NCBI GenBank assembly: GCA_965197905.1
Contig: CBDAOB010000005.1
Span: 2,144,001 to 2,208,000, forward strand
DNA from: Candidatus Latescibacterota bacterium
Lineage (GTDB): Bacteria; Latescibacterota; UBA2968; UBA8231
Length of the DNA: 64,000 nucleotides
Direction of reading: 5' to 3'
Shown: positions 1-8,842 of the stretch, piece after piece
Layout of the letters: each line of letters opens with the position of its first letter
Position numbering within the stretch: position 1 is the first letter of the stretch
Made by a program: the position numbers and the translations under genes
The notes under the pieces: model-generated
Databases searched by the model: none
Seen by the model: only the letters and a program-made list of their open reading frames with translations
What the model was told of the DNA's origin: nothing

Positions 1-2562
1 AGGCCGGAGAGGCGAGACAGATTACTTATCTGGTTTTGGTCGAGGGAAAGCTTCGTGAGGTTGATCAGCAACTCCAACGGCGCGAGATCGCTGATGCGAT
101 TGTCCCTCAGGGAGAGATCCCGGAGCTCGTTAAGCGCAGCCAGCGGCGTCAGATCTGCGATCTGGTTTCGGTCAGCGGCAAAGATGGAGAGGTTTGCCAG
201 GAAAGCCAGAGGTGCGATGTCGGCGAGCTGGTTATTCGATACCGTCAGGAACACCAGATTCGCCGAGCCCGCAAGCGGGGCCAGGGAACTGATTTGGTTG
301 TGAGCCAGCGAAAGTCGCGCGAGCCGCGGCAACCCTCGCAGGGGCTCGAGCTCGACGATCTGATTCCGGTCGAGAAAGAGAGCGTGGAGGTTCTCACCGG
401 CTGCGAGCGGATCGAGATCCGAAATCCGGTTGCCAACTGCATGGAGCTCCCCCAAGTTCACCAGTGTCTCGATCCCTTCGAGTCTCTCCACCTCGAGGAA
501 GTTCAGACTCAGACTTTCCAGAGGTTCCACATCGTCCAGACAGAGGACCCCTTCAGGTCTGGAGATTGCCGCACGAATTGCCGTCTCCATATTCAAATCT
601 GCAAACAGGACCGTGGTATCGACCGCGACGAGGCGTGCACGCAACGTATTGAGCTGCGCGTCCGCAGATAGTCCGTTCAACGGATTGCCGCATACATCAA
701 CCACGTCTCTCGCTTGAATTCCGCTGTTGGACACCAATGGGGAGAGGTCCTGGATTCGGTTTCTCCGCAGCCTCACGACCTGCAGCTGAGTCAGATCCGA
801 CAACGGCGACAGATCGGTAACCTCATTTTCGTTGAGACGAATCGACGTGAGGTTCGGAAGCCCACTCAGCGGATCTAACTCGGCGATCCGGTTAGAGCCC
901 AGATCGATAGCCTGCAGATCGGTAACCTGCTCGATGCCGCCGAGATCGACGATACCTCGAGCGGTCGCGTTGAGGTCAAGAAGACCCTTCACGTCGGAAC
1001 TGAAGAGGTTGCCTTGAATCTTGCCGATCGCCTCCCGTATAGCTCGCTCGAGATTGATATCCGCAAACAGGAGCGGCTTTTCCAGGCCTGCCGCTTTGAG
1101 ATTTTCGATATCGACACATGACAGCGCACTAGAGAGGACAGAGACCCGGCGCCGTTCCAAGACACAAAGTGCGTTGAGGATAGCGTTTTCAGTTAACGGA
1201 TTGCCGCGAAGGTCGATGGTATCGCCCCTCCTGAGCCCGCTGTTCTCGACCAGGGCGGCCAGTTCCTCGATCCGGTTGTCCTCCAGACCGACGGCGTTGA
1301 GCTCTACCAACCTTGCCAGCGGCGCGAGATCTGAGATCCGGTTGTTCCCCAGATGCAGTTCTCGCAACTGCGCCAACGCACCCAGCGGCGCTAAATCGAC
1401 AAGTTCGTTCGAGCGCAGGTCAAGTCGTTGCAGAGCGGTCAAATGCTCGATGCCGGCGAGATCCCCGATCCTCAGGCCCGAGGCTACCAGCTCGTTGACC
1501 GTCGTCACATCGGCCGGAAAGAGGGCTCCCTCCGGTCTGGCGATGGCACCGCGCACCGCAGCTTCCAGGCCGGCATCCTCAAATGAGATCTCCGCCTGGA
1601 TGTCAGCAGGTCCCGCCGATGATATCTGCGATACCGCCAGACCGGCAAGATCGGCGCCGTCGACGAGGAGGCCGCCGTAGAGCAACCACTCCCCCGCCGG
1701 AACCTCCACCTCGTATTCCCGGGCGAAACCAGAGCCCGATTCCCCGAGTATCGATACCGGTATTCCCTTTTGCGCTAGCTCCTCTAGTTCCAGGCTTGTC
1801 TTCGAGACGAAAAACGTCATTCCGAAACTTACCCGGTTCGCGTTCACCGCTACAAGAAACCGTCCTGGCTGATCCGCTGCCGTTGCCGTCAATTGACTGA
1901 CGGCGGCGGGGCCTGGGGGCTCGTAGCCCACGTCGAGGTTGGGATCGACCGGAAACGTGTTCAGTTTTGAAAGCCCGTCGAACGCCTCGGAGAAATGCCA
2001 GCCAAACACCAGTACCTGAGAGTATTCGTAGACTTGGGAAACGAGGTTGCCGTTTTCGTCGACCTGCCGCAGCCGATACCCGAACGCAACGTAGTGCAGC
2101 CCATCCAATAGCGTTCCGTCCCGATCTTCTCGAGACACTTCTTGCACGATGCGGGTCGAGCCCTGAGTTCCGGCGGTATCAGACACCCCAGACCAGAAGT
2201 TTAGGGGCGAGATAAAACGCATATGATTGGGCAGGGCCGATCGCACCACGACAAACGGCTCAATCCCCGATCGCTGAGCCTCGAGCGGCTGATCGCTGCC
2301 GCCACAGATCAGACTCTCCAGCGCAGCCGAAACGGAGGGGGCCGCCGGATTGAAATATTCGATGTGGGGAAAGTCTCCGGCGGAACTCTCGCTGACCCCG
2401 GCCTCGCAGAGTCGAAATCCACCCTCGTTGAGGAGCAGAAATGGGCCCTCTCGCCTCAGCCCCATATGGTCCACGACGGCGAACAGATCCCATAAATCCA
2501 CTCCGCCATTCCGATTCAAGTCGTAATACGGTTCCTGATTTTCCAGAGCATCCGCGGCGGCG
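1..2562 (-). CDS. Internalin-like leucine-rich-repeat surface protein with an EF-hand/dockerin-like motif; 3' end runs off the window
   Basis: Not in the ORF track because it has no stop inside the window. Manual translation of most of the interval gives one minus frame: DLNRNGGVDLWDLFAVVDHMG, a ~250-aa unique region, then three LRR cassettes. Each cassette opens with a cap (FEDAGLEAAVRGAI, FADINLERAIREAI, FADLNMETAIRAAI) and has repeats such as LQRLDLRSNELVDLAPL; the first two close with GNPL. LRRs continue to base 1 (LSLDQNQISNLSRLSG). Confidence 0.85.
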
Positions 2563-2916
2563 GAAAAGATCGTCCGAGTCCACGTCGCCGTCCTGCTCCC
2601 CGTCTCCGAGCAGGTTTATGCCGCGAAAACGCGGGAGATACTGCGCCTCGTGCACCTGATACACCGTTCCGTTCTGCTCCAGGAGGATCGGCTTGGCCAG
2701 GGCTCGACGTGGTCTAGCCGCGCCGTTTTTCCAAACGACGGGGCCACCGACTCCTCGCTCCAGCTCCCGACGGCTCAAGGTTCCCCCGCGCAGCTGCGCC
2801 AGTGCGCGACCGAATGCCCGGTGGCGCACTCCGGGGTCGTAGGTCAACGGCGAAGCCAAAGCATTCCAATCCTCTGCCGTCAACGACTGGCCCGCAGGAA
2901 GGTCTAGACGGAACAA
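2563..2916 (-). pseudogene. Frameshifted N-terminal part of the LRR protein gene, 5'-truncated
   Basis: ORF 2260..2916 encodes ...LLGDGEQDGDVDSDDLF. Removing one base near 2562-2563 joins it to AAADALENQEPYYDLNRNGGVDLWDLF, restoring a paired EF-hand motif. No signal peptide or convincing start is visible. Confidence 0.6.
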
Positions 2917-5900
2917 CCCGTGTAAGTCCGGGCACCGAAGTACAAGTGTTAAGGGTAGCGCTGACCGGCGACGGTGCTACCAGCGTCAGCGCGCTGCGGT
3001 TCACCCTGTCGGATCTCGACTCCACCACCGGGCTGGCCTCCGATGACCTGGTGGAGCTGAGACTCTACGAAAGCGCCGACTCCACCCTCGGATCGAGCGA
3101 TATCTTGCTGGGGAGCTTGAGTTCATCCCTGATGAGTCTCGGTTCAGAGACCACACTAACGGCAAGCGCCATATCGACGCCGGGATCGAACCTCGAGCGG
3201 CAGTACATCTTGACCGTATTGTTGGATTCCACGGCTGTCGAGGGACACGGCTTCAAGGTAGGCTTCGATACGGGAGATCTGGCGACGTCCAAAGGGGGTC
3301 GAGGATTCGGCATCGCCGCCAGTGATTCCAACCGGGTGCTCATAGATATCGTGGCCAACAAGCTCCGGTTCTCAACGCAGCCGGCGGGCTCAATCTCCGG
3401 CGTGCCGTTTACCACTCAGCCGGTGGTCATGGCGATCGACAGCGTCAGCGGTTTCGTAGACTCCGACTTTGCCGACACGGTAACGGTAACTACGTCGAAG
3501 ACTGGTACCTTGATCAACAACAGCACCGCCGCGACCAACGGCGTCGCCACATTCTCCAGCCTCACCTACACGACGTCGATTGACGATGAAAAATTCAACC
3601 TCGTTGCAGACGATCAGGCAGGAGGGGCAGAAGGCAATCTGGCCAGTGTCGACTCCGATAGTCTACTGTCCAACGTCGTCAACGACGTTCCGGTGGTAGA
3701 CGTCCCAAATCTGCAAATGAGCGAGGACGACAGCATCGGATTTATCGCGCCCATCATCACCATTGCCAACGATCCGGACGACGCCGTTCTGACCTTCACG
3801 TTTGTGAGCAACGGTGTCGAAGGCAAGGTGGTTGGTGATCAGATCCAGATCACACCGGTAGCCAATTATTTCGGCGTGGACACCCTTACGGTAATAGCGA
3901 CCGATTCCTTTGGTGCACAGGGAATGGACACCGATATCATAACGGTGCTGGCGGTCAATGACCCGCCGGTGATCGTGCTGTCCGATTCTCTAACCGTCGC
4001 GGAGGACGACACCCTCCTGTTCAACCTGCCAGAGGTAGCTACGGATGTGGACAATAGCTTCGACGAGCTGATCATTACTATAAACCCCAGCTCAGGGTTA
4101 CAAACAAACTACGATAGCACCTCGGGCGTGCTGTTGGCATGGGCACCACCCGATTCTTCGGGGCGTTTCACCCTCGACCTGGCCGCACGGGATCTGTTCG
4201 GCATCACGGATCGGGATACGGTTCTCATCGTGGTAGCATCGATCAATGATGCCCCTGTTTTCTCCGTACCTGACACATCCGTCCTGCAGACGGATACGCT
4301 GCTTATCGACTTGCGATCCCACACGATCGACATCGACACCTTCAACTCTCTCAGTTGGCAAGCCCAGCTTCACCCGGACCTCGGCATCAGCATCGACGCC
4401 AACGGGTTGGCCCAAATTGTTCCCACCTCCGACGGGGGCGGCACGCGTTCAGTGATATTCAGCGTCGTGGACCAGTCGATTACGGTCTCCGATACCGCAA
4501 TTGTAACGGTAGTCCATGTCGACCAGCCTCCGGTATTGGCGGTCCTTCCAGACACCCTGTTCGCTACCGGTGACACACTGAGTCTGAATCTGCAGCCGTT
4601 CGCCACCGACCCCGACAATGCCGTTGACTCTCTCGGTTGGCTGGTGACAGGGGGCACATTCGTGGGTGCCGCGATCGCCAACGACACGCTCGACCTATGG
4701 GCGCTTCAAGACACCGCTGTCGTCGAAGTGCTTCAGGTGATCGTTACGGATCCAACCGGTTTGTCCGACACCTCGTCCATTCAGGTCGAGCTGGTGGTTC
4801 TTCCTCCTCTGATCGGAGGGATTCCCGACGAGGAAGTGGAGGCCGGCAAGATACTGGAAATCCCGCTAGGTCCGTTTTTGCGCTCCGACGTTGCAACGGT
4901 CGGCGCTATACCCGATTCGGTATTCGAGGTTTTCATCAACACCTCGACGCGGATCGCGACGGTCGATCCGGTGGATGACTGGAAAGGTACGGCAGCGATC
5001 GTGTTTACGGCCAGCACCACGGACGGGGGTTCGGAAAGTGACACGGTGATGGTCACCGTGGCCAATCCCGCTCCCGTAATATCACCTTTACCTCCGGTCT
5101 TTATCGACTCGGGCACGCTCGCCCAACTGTCCCTGGACGTATTTGTGGAGGACGATGAGGATTTGAGCAATCTCACATGGACGGCCTTTGCAGACCCAGG
5201 TGTTACCGCGGAGATTCTTGCGGAAGTGCGCACACTGAAGATCACCGCTGAATCTGGCTTCATGGGCGAGACGCGGGTTGCGTTGACGGTCAGGGATGCA
5301 CAGGATGCCGCGGACTCCGACACCCTCATAGTTACAGTGCAAGCCCCCATTGACACCTCCCCTCCGGATCACCCTCCGGATACAACCGGCACCACGCCGG
5401 ATACCACCGGGACCATGCCGGATACAACCGGCACCATGCCGGATACAACCGGGACCATGCCGGATACAACCGGCACCATGCCGGATACAACCGGCACCAC
5501 GCCGGATACCACCGGCACCACGCCGGATACCACAGTGATTGAGAACCAGGTGCCGATCATTCGGGAAATTCCGGCGTTGAGCCTGCAGCCGGGTCGCATC
5601 GCAGAGGTCGTCCTCGACCAGTTCGCGCAGGACGACGGTCCGTTTACCGAGCTGACCTGGTCCAGCTCGGTCTCTCCGGCAGGAGTGGTGCAAGTCGGTA
5701 TCAACGAGGCGCGCGTCGCCTCCGTAACCGCGATTCAGGATTCGGGAGAAGCCCAGATAATATTTACGGTTACAGACGCCCAAGGAGCATCCGCCAACGC
5801 CACGGTGGATGCCTCGATCACACCCATCGCCGCCGGTGACTTCAGCGGCGACGGAACGATTGGATTCGATGATTGCTTTCTGTTTGCCGACGCCTTGGGG

Positions 5901-6017
5901 CTTACGATCGTGCACCCGGCATGGGATCCGATATTCGACCTGGATGCCGATGGCCGCATCAGCTTCGAGGACTTCTTTATCTTCGCGGAGCTTTTCCAGT
6001 CCAGCCAGGGAGGCTGA
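2802..6017 (+). CDS. Large secreted/surface protein with tandem Ig-like (cadherin/Big_9-type) repeats, a PDTTGT linker and a C-terminal EF-hand/dockerin-like pair; true N-terminus unclear
   Basis: 1071-aa ORF with repeated VNDxP..ED...D.D..L..TV.A.D..G modules. The C-terminus reads GDFSGDGTIGFDDCFLFADALG...FDLDADGRISFEDFFIFAELF. The first ~33 codons are antisense to the LRR gene and probably not real. Confidence 0.8.
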   Translation: MRDRMPGGALRGRRSTAKPKHSNPLPSTTGPQEGLDGTTRVSPGTEVQVLRVALTGDGATSVSALRFTLSDLDSTTGLASDDLVELRLYESADSTLGSSDILLGSLSSSLMSLGSETTLTASAISTPGSNLERQYILTVLLDSTAVEGHGFKVGFDTGDLATSKGGRGFGIAASDSNRVLIDIVANKLRFSTQPAGSISGVPFTTQPVVMAIDSVSGFVDSDFADTVTVTTSKTGTLINNSTAATNGVATFSSLTYTTSIDDEKFNLVADDQAGGAEGNLASVDSDSLLSNVVNDVPVVDVPNLQMSEDDSIGFIAPIITIANDPDDAVLTFTFVSNGVEGKVVGDQIQITPVANYFGVDTLTVIATDSFGAQGMDTDIITVLAVNDPPVIVLSDSLTVAEDDTLLFNLPEVATDVDNSFDELIITINPSSGLQTNYDSTSGVLLAWAPPDSSGRFTLDLAARDLFGITDRDTVLIVVASINDAPVFSVPDTSVLQTDTLLIDLRSHTIDIDTFNSLSWQAQLHPDLGISIDANGLAQIVPTSDGGGTRSVIFSVVDQSITVSDTAIVTVVHVDQPPVLAVLPDTLFATGDTLSLNLQPFATDPDNAVDSLGWLVTGGTFVGAAIANDTLDLWALQDTAVVEVLQVIVTDPTGLSDTSSIQVELVVLPPLIGGIPDEEVEAGKILEIPLGPFLRSDVATVGAIPDSVFEVFINTSTRIATVDPVDDWKGTAAIVFTASTTDGGSESDTVMVTVANPAPVISPLPPVFIDSGTLAQLSLDVFVEDDEDLSNLTWTAFADPGVTAEILAEVRTLKITAESGFMGETRVALTVRDAQDAADSDTLIVTVQAPIDTSPPDHPPDTTGTTPDTTGTMPDTTGTMPDTTGTMPDTTGTMPDTTGTTPDTTGTTPDTTVIENQVPIIREIPALSLQPGRIAEVVLDQFAQDDGPFTELTWSSSVSPAGVVQVGINEARVASVTAIQDSGEAQIIFTVTDAQGASANATVDASITPIAAGDFSGDGTIGFDDCFLFADALGLTIVHPAWDPIFDLDADGRISFEDFFIFAELFQSSQGG
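5376..5534 (+). repeat. 21-bp coding tandem repeat (7 full copies plus a partial) encoding PDTTGT(T/M)
   Basis: CCGGATAC(A/C)ACCGG(C/G)ACCA(C/T)G repeated head-to-tail, in frame within the surface protein. Confidence 0.95.
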
Positions 6018-6047
6018 AACCTCCCCGCCACCTGCGGTGTCCGGTCG

Positions 6048-6824
6048 CTACCTGGCGCAGCGAAACCCGAGGCTGTTGTCGCGGTAGTCGGGCGGAGCGA
6101 AGCTGCGGTTTGCGGAGCGCAAAACATAGATGCTATTATTCCACGCTCCTCCGCGGAATACGCGGTCAGTACCTTTGTCGGGACCGGCCGGATTCTTGGC
6201 CGGACTGGTTTTGTAATACTTGGCCCCGTACCAATCGGCACACCATTCCCAGACGTTTCCCGCCATGTCCAGCGCGCCGTAGACGCTGGCGCCTAGAGGA
6301 AAACTGCCCACCGGCGCGGTGGTGGCATGTTTGTCCTGCTCGCCCATAACGTTGGCGATATCCGCGTTCAGATCGATCTTCTCCTCTGTCTCGGAGTCCC
6401 AGGGAAACGTGCGGGCTTCGACGCCGCGGGCGGCTTTCTCCCACTCGGCTTCCGTGGGAAGCCGCTTCCCCTTCGACTTACAGTAAGCGGCGGCCTCCGT
6501 CCAGTCGACGTTGACCACAGGATCTTTCGGCCTCCAGCCCCAGGCCGGAGTGGTCGGCATCTTTCCACCGGCCGCTTTGACAAAGGCATCGTACTCAGCC
6601 ACGGTGACCTCGAATTTGTCGATGGCAAACCCATCCAGGTCAACATTGTGAGCCGGTCCGGCGTTCAAGAGATTCGGATCTCCCATAGTGAACTCGCCGG
6701 CAGGAACCTCTACCATCCCCTGCGGCGGTGCCTGAGCCTCTTCCTCGCCAGCAAGCTGGTTGACTGTCAAACCGAGCAATAGTGCCACTGCCATGCCACG
6801 GGATCCGGTTGCTATCGACGTCAT
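6048..6824 (-). CDS. Formylglycine-generating-enzyme-fold (FGE-sulfatase/SUMF1) domain protein, probably exported and not a catalytic FGE
   Basis: Motifs VPAGEFTMG, FEVT..EY, PVVNVDW.EA.AYC, RLPTEAEWEKAARG, DMAGNVWEWC.DWY, RGGAW and GFRC. Hydrophobic N-terminus; no C-x4-C catalytic pair after RGG. Confidence 0.9.
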   Translation of the reverse strand: MTSIATGSRGMAVALLLGLTVNQLAGEEEAQAPPQGMVEVPAGEFTMGDPNLLNAGPAHNVDLDGFAIDKFEVTVAEYDAFVKAAGGKMPTTPAWGWRPKDPVVNVDWTEAAAYCKSKGKRLPTEAEWEKAARGVEARTFPWDSETEEKIDLNADIANVMGEQDKHATTAPVGSFPLGASVYGALDMAGNVWEWCADWYGAKYYKTSPAKNPAGPDKGTDRVFRGGAWNNSIYVLRSANRSFAPPDYRDNSLGFRCAR

Positions 6825-6849
6825 CTTTCCCTCGCTTTCGTCGGTTAAC

Positions 6850-7655
6850 TCATTCCCAGACGATAATCTCTATTCGCCTGTTCAACGCTTTGTTCTCGGG
6901 TGAAACGTTCTCTACGATCGGGTGCTCTTCTCCATATCCGATCGACTCCACCATTCCCTGAGTTATGAATTCGTAACTCTGAACGAGTGATTCGCGAACG
7001 ATAGTGGAACGATCTTCCGACAGTTTCTGGTTGTAGTCTCGCGAGCCGTCGGAGTCGGTATGCCCCTCTATGACGAGCTTCGTGGGAGTGAACATGCGCA
7101 CGAAATCCGCGACCTTTTGAAGTTCCTGAGCCGCCCCGGGCTTGAGCCCGGAACGCCCCGAGTCGAACAGTACCCCCGAGTCGATGATAAGTCGAGGCAC
7201 GACCACATCGCCTTTGAGGGCGGTGCGATACCTGATGATCGGCTCCTCCATCGCCACCCTGTTCGGAAAAAGGCACCGCTCGCGGATCCGGTTTGAGAAA
7301 CCTTGATCTTCATCGTTCCAATGAAGATCCGTATGGGCGGCACCTTCGGCCCCAGGATATACTTTTCCCTGTAGACATTCAAAACATCGCCGCGGTGTAT
7401 GTTCGCTTCCCGGCCCTTGTCGATGTAGTAGCTCTTCTTGTCGGACAGACTGTCGGGCAGATCACCCGGATTTGCTTTGTGGATGACTTGAATGATGCGT
7501 GGAGGATTGTATTGCGCCCACGACACCCGGGTGTTCACGCCCCAAGAAAGGGCGAGGATGACGGCCAGAAAAGAAAGAGTCAACGATTCCTTGAGCATCG
7601 ATGGATTGGGTGTGGCACGGTGTTGACGAAATGCGGGCATGATATTCGGCCTCAC
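6850..7655 (-). CDS. Exported OmpA/MotB C-terminal-domain (peptidoglycan-binding) protein, split by an apparent single-base deletion at 7267-7271
   Basis: The C-terminal ORF 6850..7257 has LFDSG, IEGHTDSDG...NQKLSEDR and GYGE..P....N....NRRIEI. The upstream ORF 7068..7655 has a signal-peptide-like segment and YYIDKG...GDVLNVYR. Adding one T to the T5 run (GCC TTT TT CCG AAC AGG GTG) fuses them. Confidence 0.8.
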
Positions 7656-7785
7656 GGTTTATTTAATAATATCGGCCAAAACCTAACGCAAGTACATTCT
7701 CCCGCGCATCCATTTGTTTCCGCTGACGCGATATGCTTAGATTTGGCGATTGGCCAGAAAATTCACCAATGAATATTTTCGAGAA

Positions 7786-8841
7786 ATGAATCGGCTTCTT
7801 CGGTCTCCTATCCGCTTAGTCAGTCCACTGAGTGCTGTTCTTTCGGCGTTTGCGCTGGTATCTGCGGTGCAAACCGTTGCACAGCACCAACCTCCGACCC
7901 CGGTGGTGGTTGCAACGATTCAACAGCGGGCGCTCGGGGACCAGTTCAACACCGTCGGGACCGTGCATCCCAGGCGATTCAGCAATGTCGCCAGCGAATC
8001 CGAAGGACGTGTTTCCGAGCGGTATCGAGATACCGGACAGGAAGTCGGGCGGGGCGGGGCGCTGATACGGCTCGACAATCCACGCTACGAAGCCGCGATT
8101 TTGGAAGCCCTTGCGGACGAGAAACTTCGAAGCTTCAACCTCGAGCGGGCGACTGCCCTGTTTCGCGACGAAGCGACATCGGAACAGGCCTTGCGTGATG
8201 CAGAGTACGAGCGGGATCGAGCCAAATCCAAACTCAGAGACTACAACAGTCGCTTGCGGGCGTTGACCGTTCGCTCCCCCTTCAGCGGCCACGTGGTCCA
8301 GGTTCTGGTCGAACTCGGAGAATGGGTAAATCGGGGCGACAGCGTCGCCCAGATCGTTGCCACCGACACGGTCCGTATTCATGCCGAGGTACCGGAGAAA
8401 TATGTGAACCGTATTCGCCTGGGAAGTCGGGTGGATATCGTGTTGGACGCTCTCGCTTCGGGAGCAAAAAGGTATGGCTATGTGGTGGCAGTGGCCCCCG
8501 ACGGACGTTCCGAATCGCACACCTTCCCGGTCGTCGTCGAGGTCCTGAACCCCGAGCACCGAATCCGCAGCAGAATGACCGCGCGCCTCAGATTCGACTT
8601 CGACGACAGCGGCCCAATGCTGATGGTACACAAGGATGCGGTCGTCAACGGCGCTGGGGGGGCCGTCGTTTATCTCGCCGCCGATGGCAGGGCGGTAGCC
8701 ACCCCCCTCACTCTGGGCCTTAGGCACAACGATTTGATCGCCGTGGAAGGCAAGCTGAAGGCCGGGGACCTTGCCATCATCAGGGGCAACGAACGCCTCC
8801 GGGATGGTCAACCCATCCGCATAACCCGCAAACACCAGTGA
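7786..8841 (+). CDS. RND efflux periplasmic adaptor (membrane fusion protein)
   Basis: Signal-like N-terminus, VASESEGRV...GQEV and VRSPFSGHV...GEWV lipoyl halves, coiled-coil hairpin, GNERLRDGQPI end. Lies directly upstream of an RND permease. ATG 7786 chosen over the upstream alternative start. Confidence 0.9.
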   Translation: MNRLLRSPIRLVSPLSAVLSAFALVSAVQTVAQHQPPTPVVVATIQQRALGDQFNTVGTVHPRRFSNVASESEGRVSERYRDTGQEVGRGGALIRLDNPRYEAAILEALADEKLRSFNLERATALFRDEATSEQALRDAEYERDRAKSKLRDYNSRLRALTVRSPFSGHVVQVLVELGEWVNRGDSVAQIVATDTVRIHAEVPEKYVNRIRLGSRVDIVLDALASGAKRYGYVVAVAPDGRSESHTFPVVVEVLNPEHRIRSRMTARLRFDFDDSGPMLMVHKDAVVNGAGGAVVYLAADGRAVATPLTLGLRHNDLIAVEGKLKAGDLAIIRGNERLRDGQPIRITRKHQ

Positions 8842-8842
8842 C

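Noticed and set aside
36..1680. Plus-strand ORFs 36..671 and 1021..1680
   Set aside because: Antisense shadows of the minus-strand LRR gene.
5376..5534. Regular direct repeats as a possible CRISPR array
   Set aside because: Head-to-tail 21-mers with no spacers, in frame inside a CDS; no cas genes nearby.
6048..6200. FGE/C-type-lectin-fold C-terminus as a diversity-generating retroelement target
   Set aside because: No reverse transcriptase gene, and I saw no second adenine-variant copy (template repeat) in the window.
7613..7627. TGGCACG...TTG as a sigma54 promoter
   Set aside because: Spacing is one base short and the -12 GC is absent.
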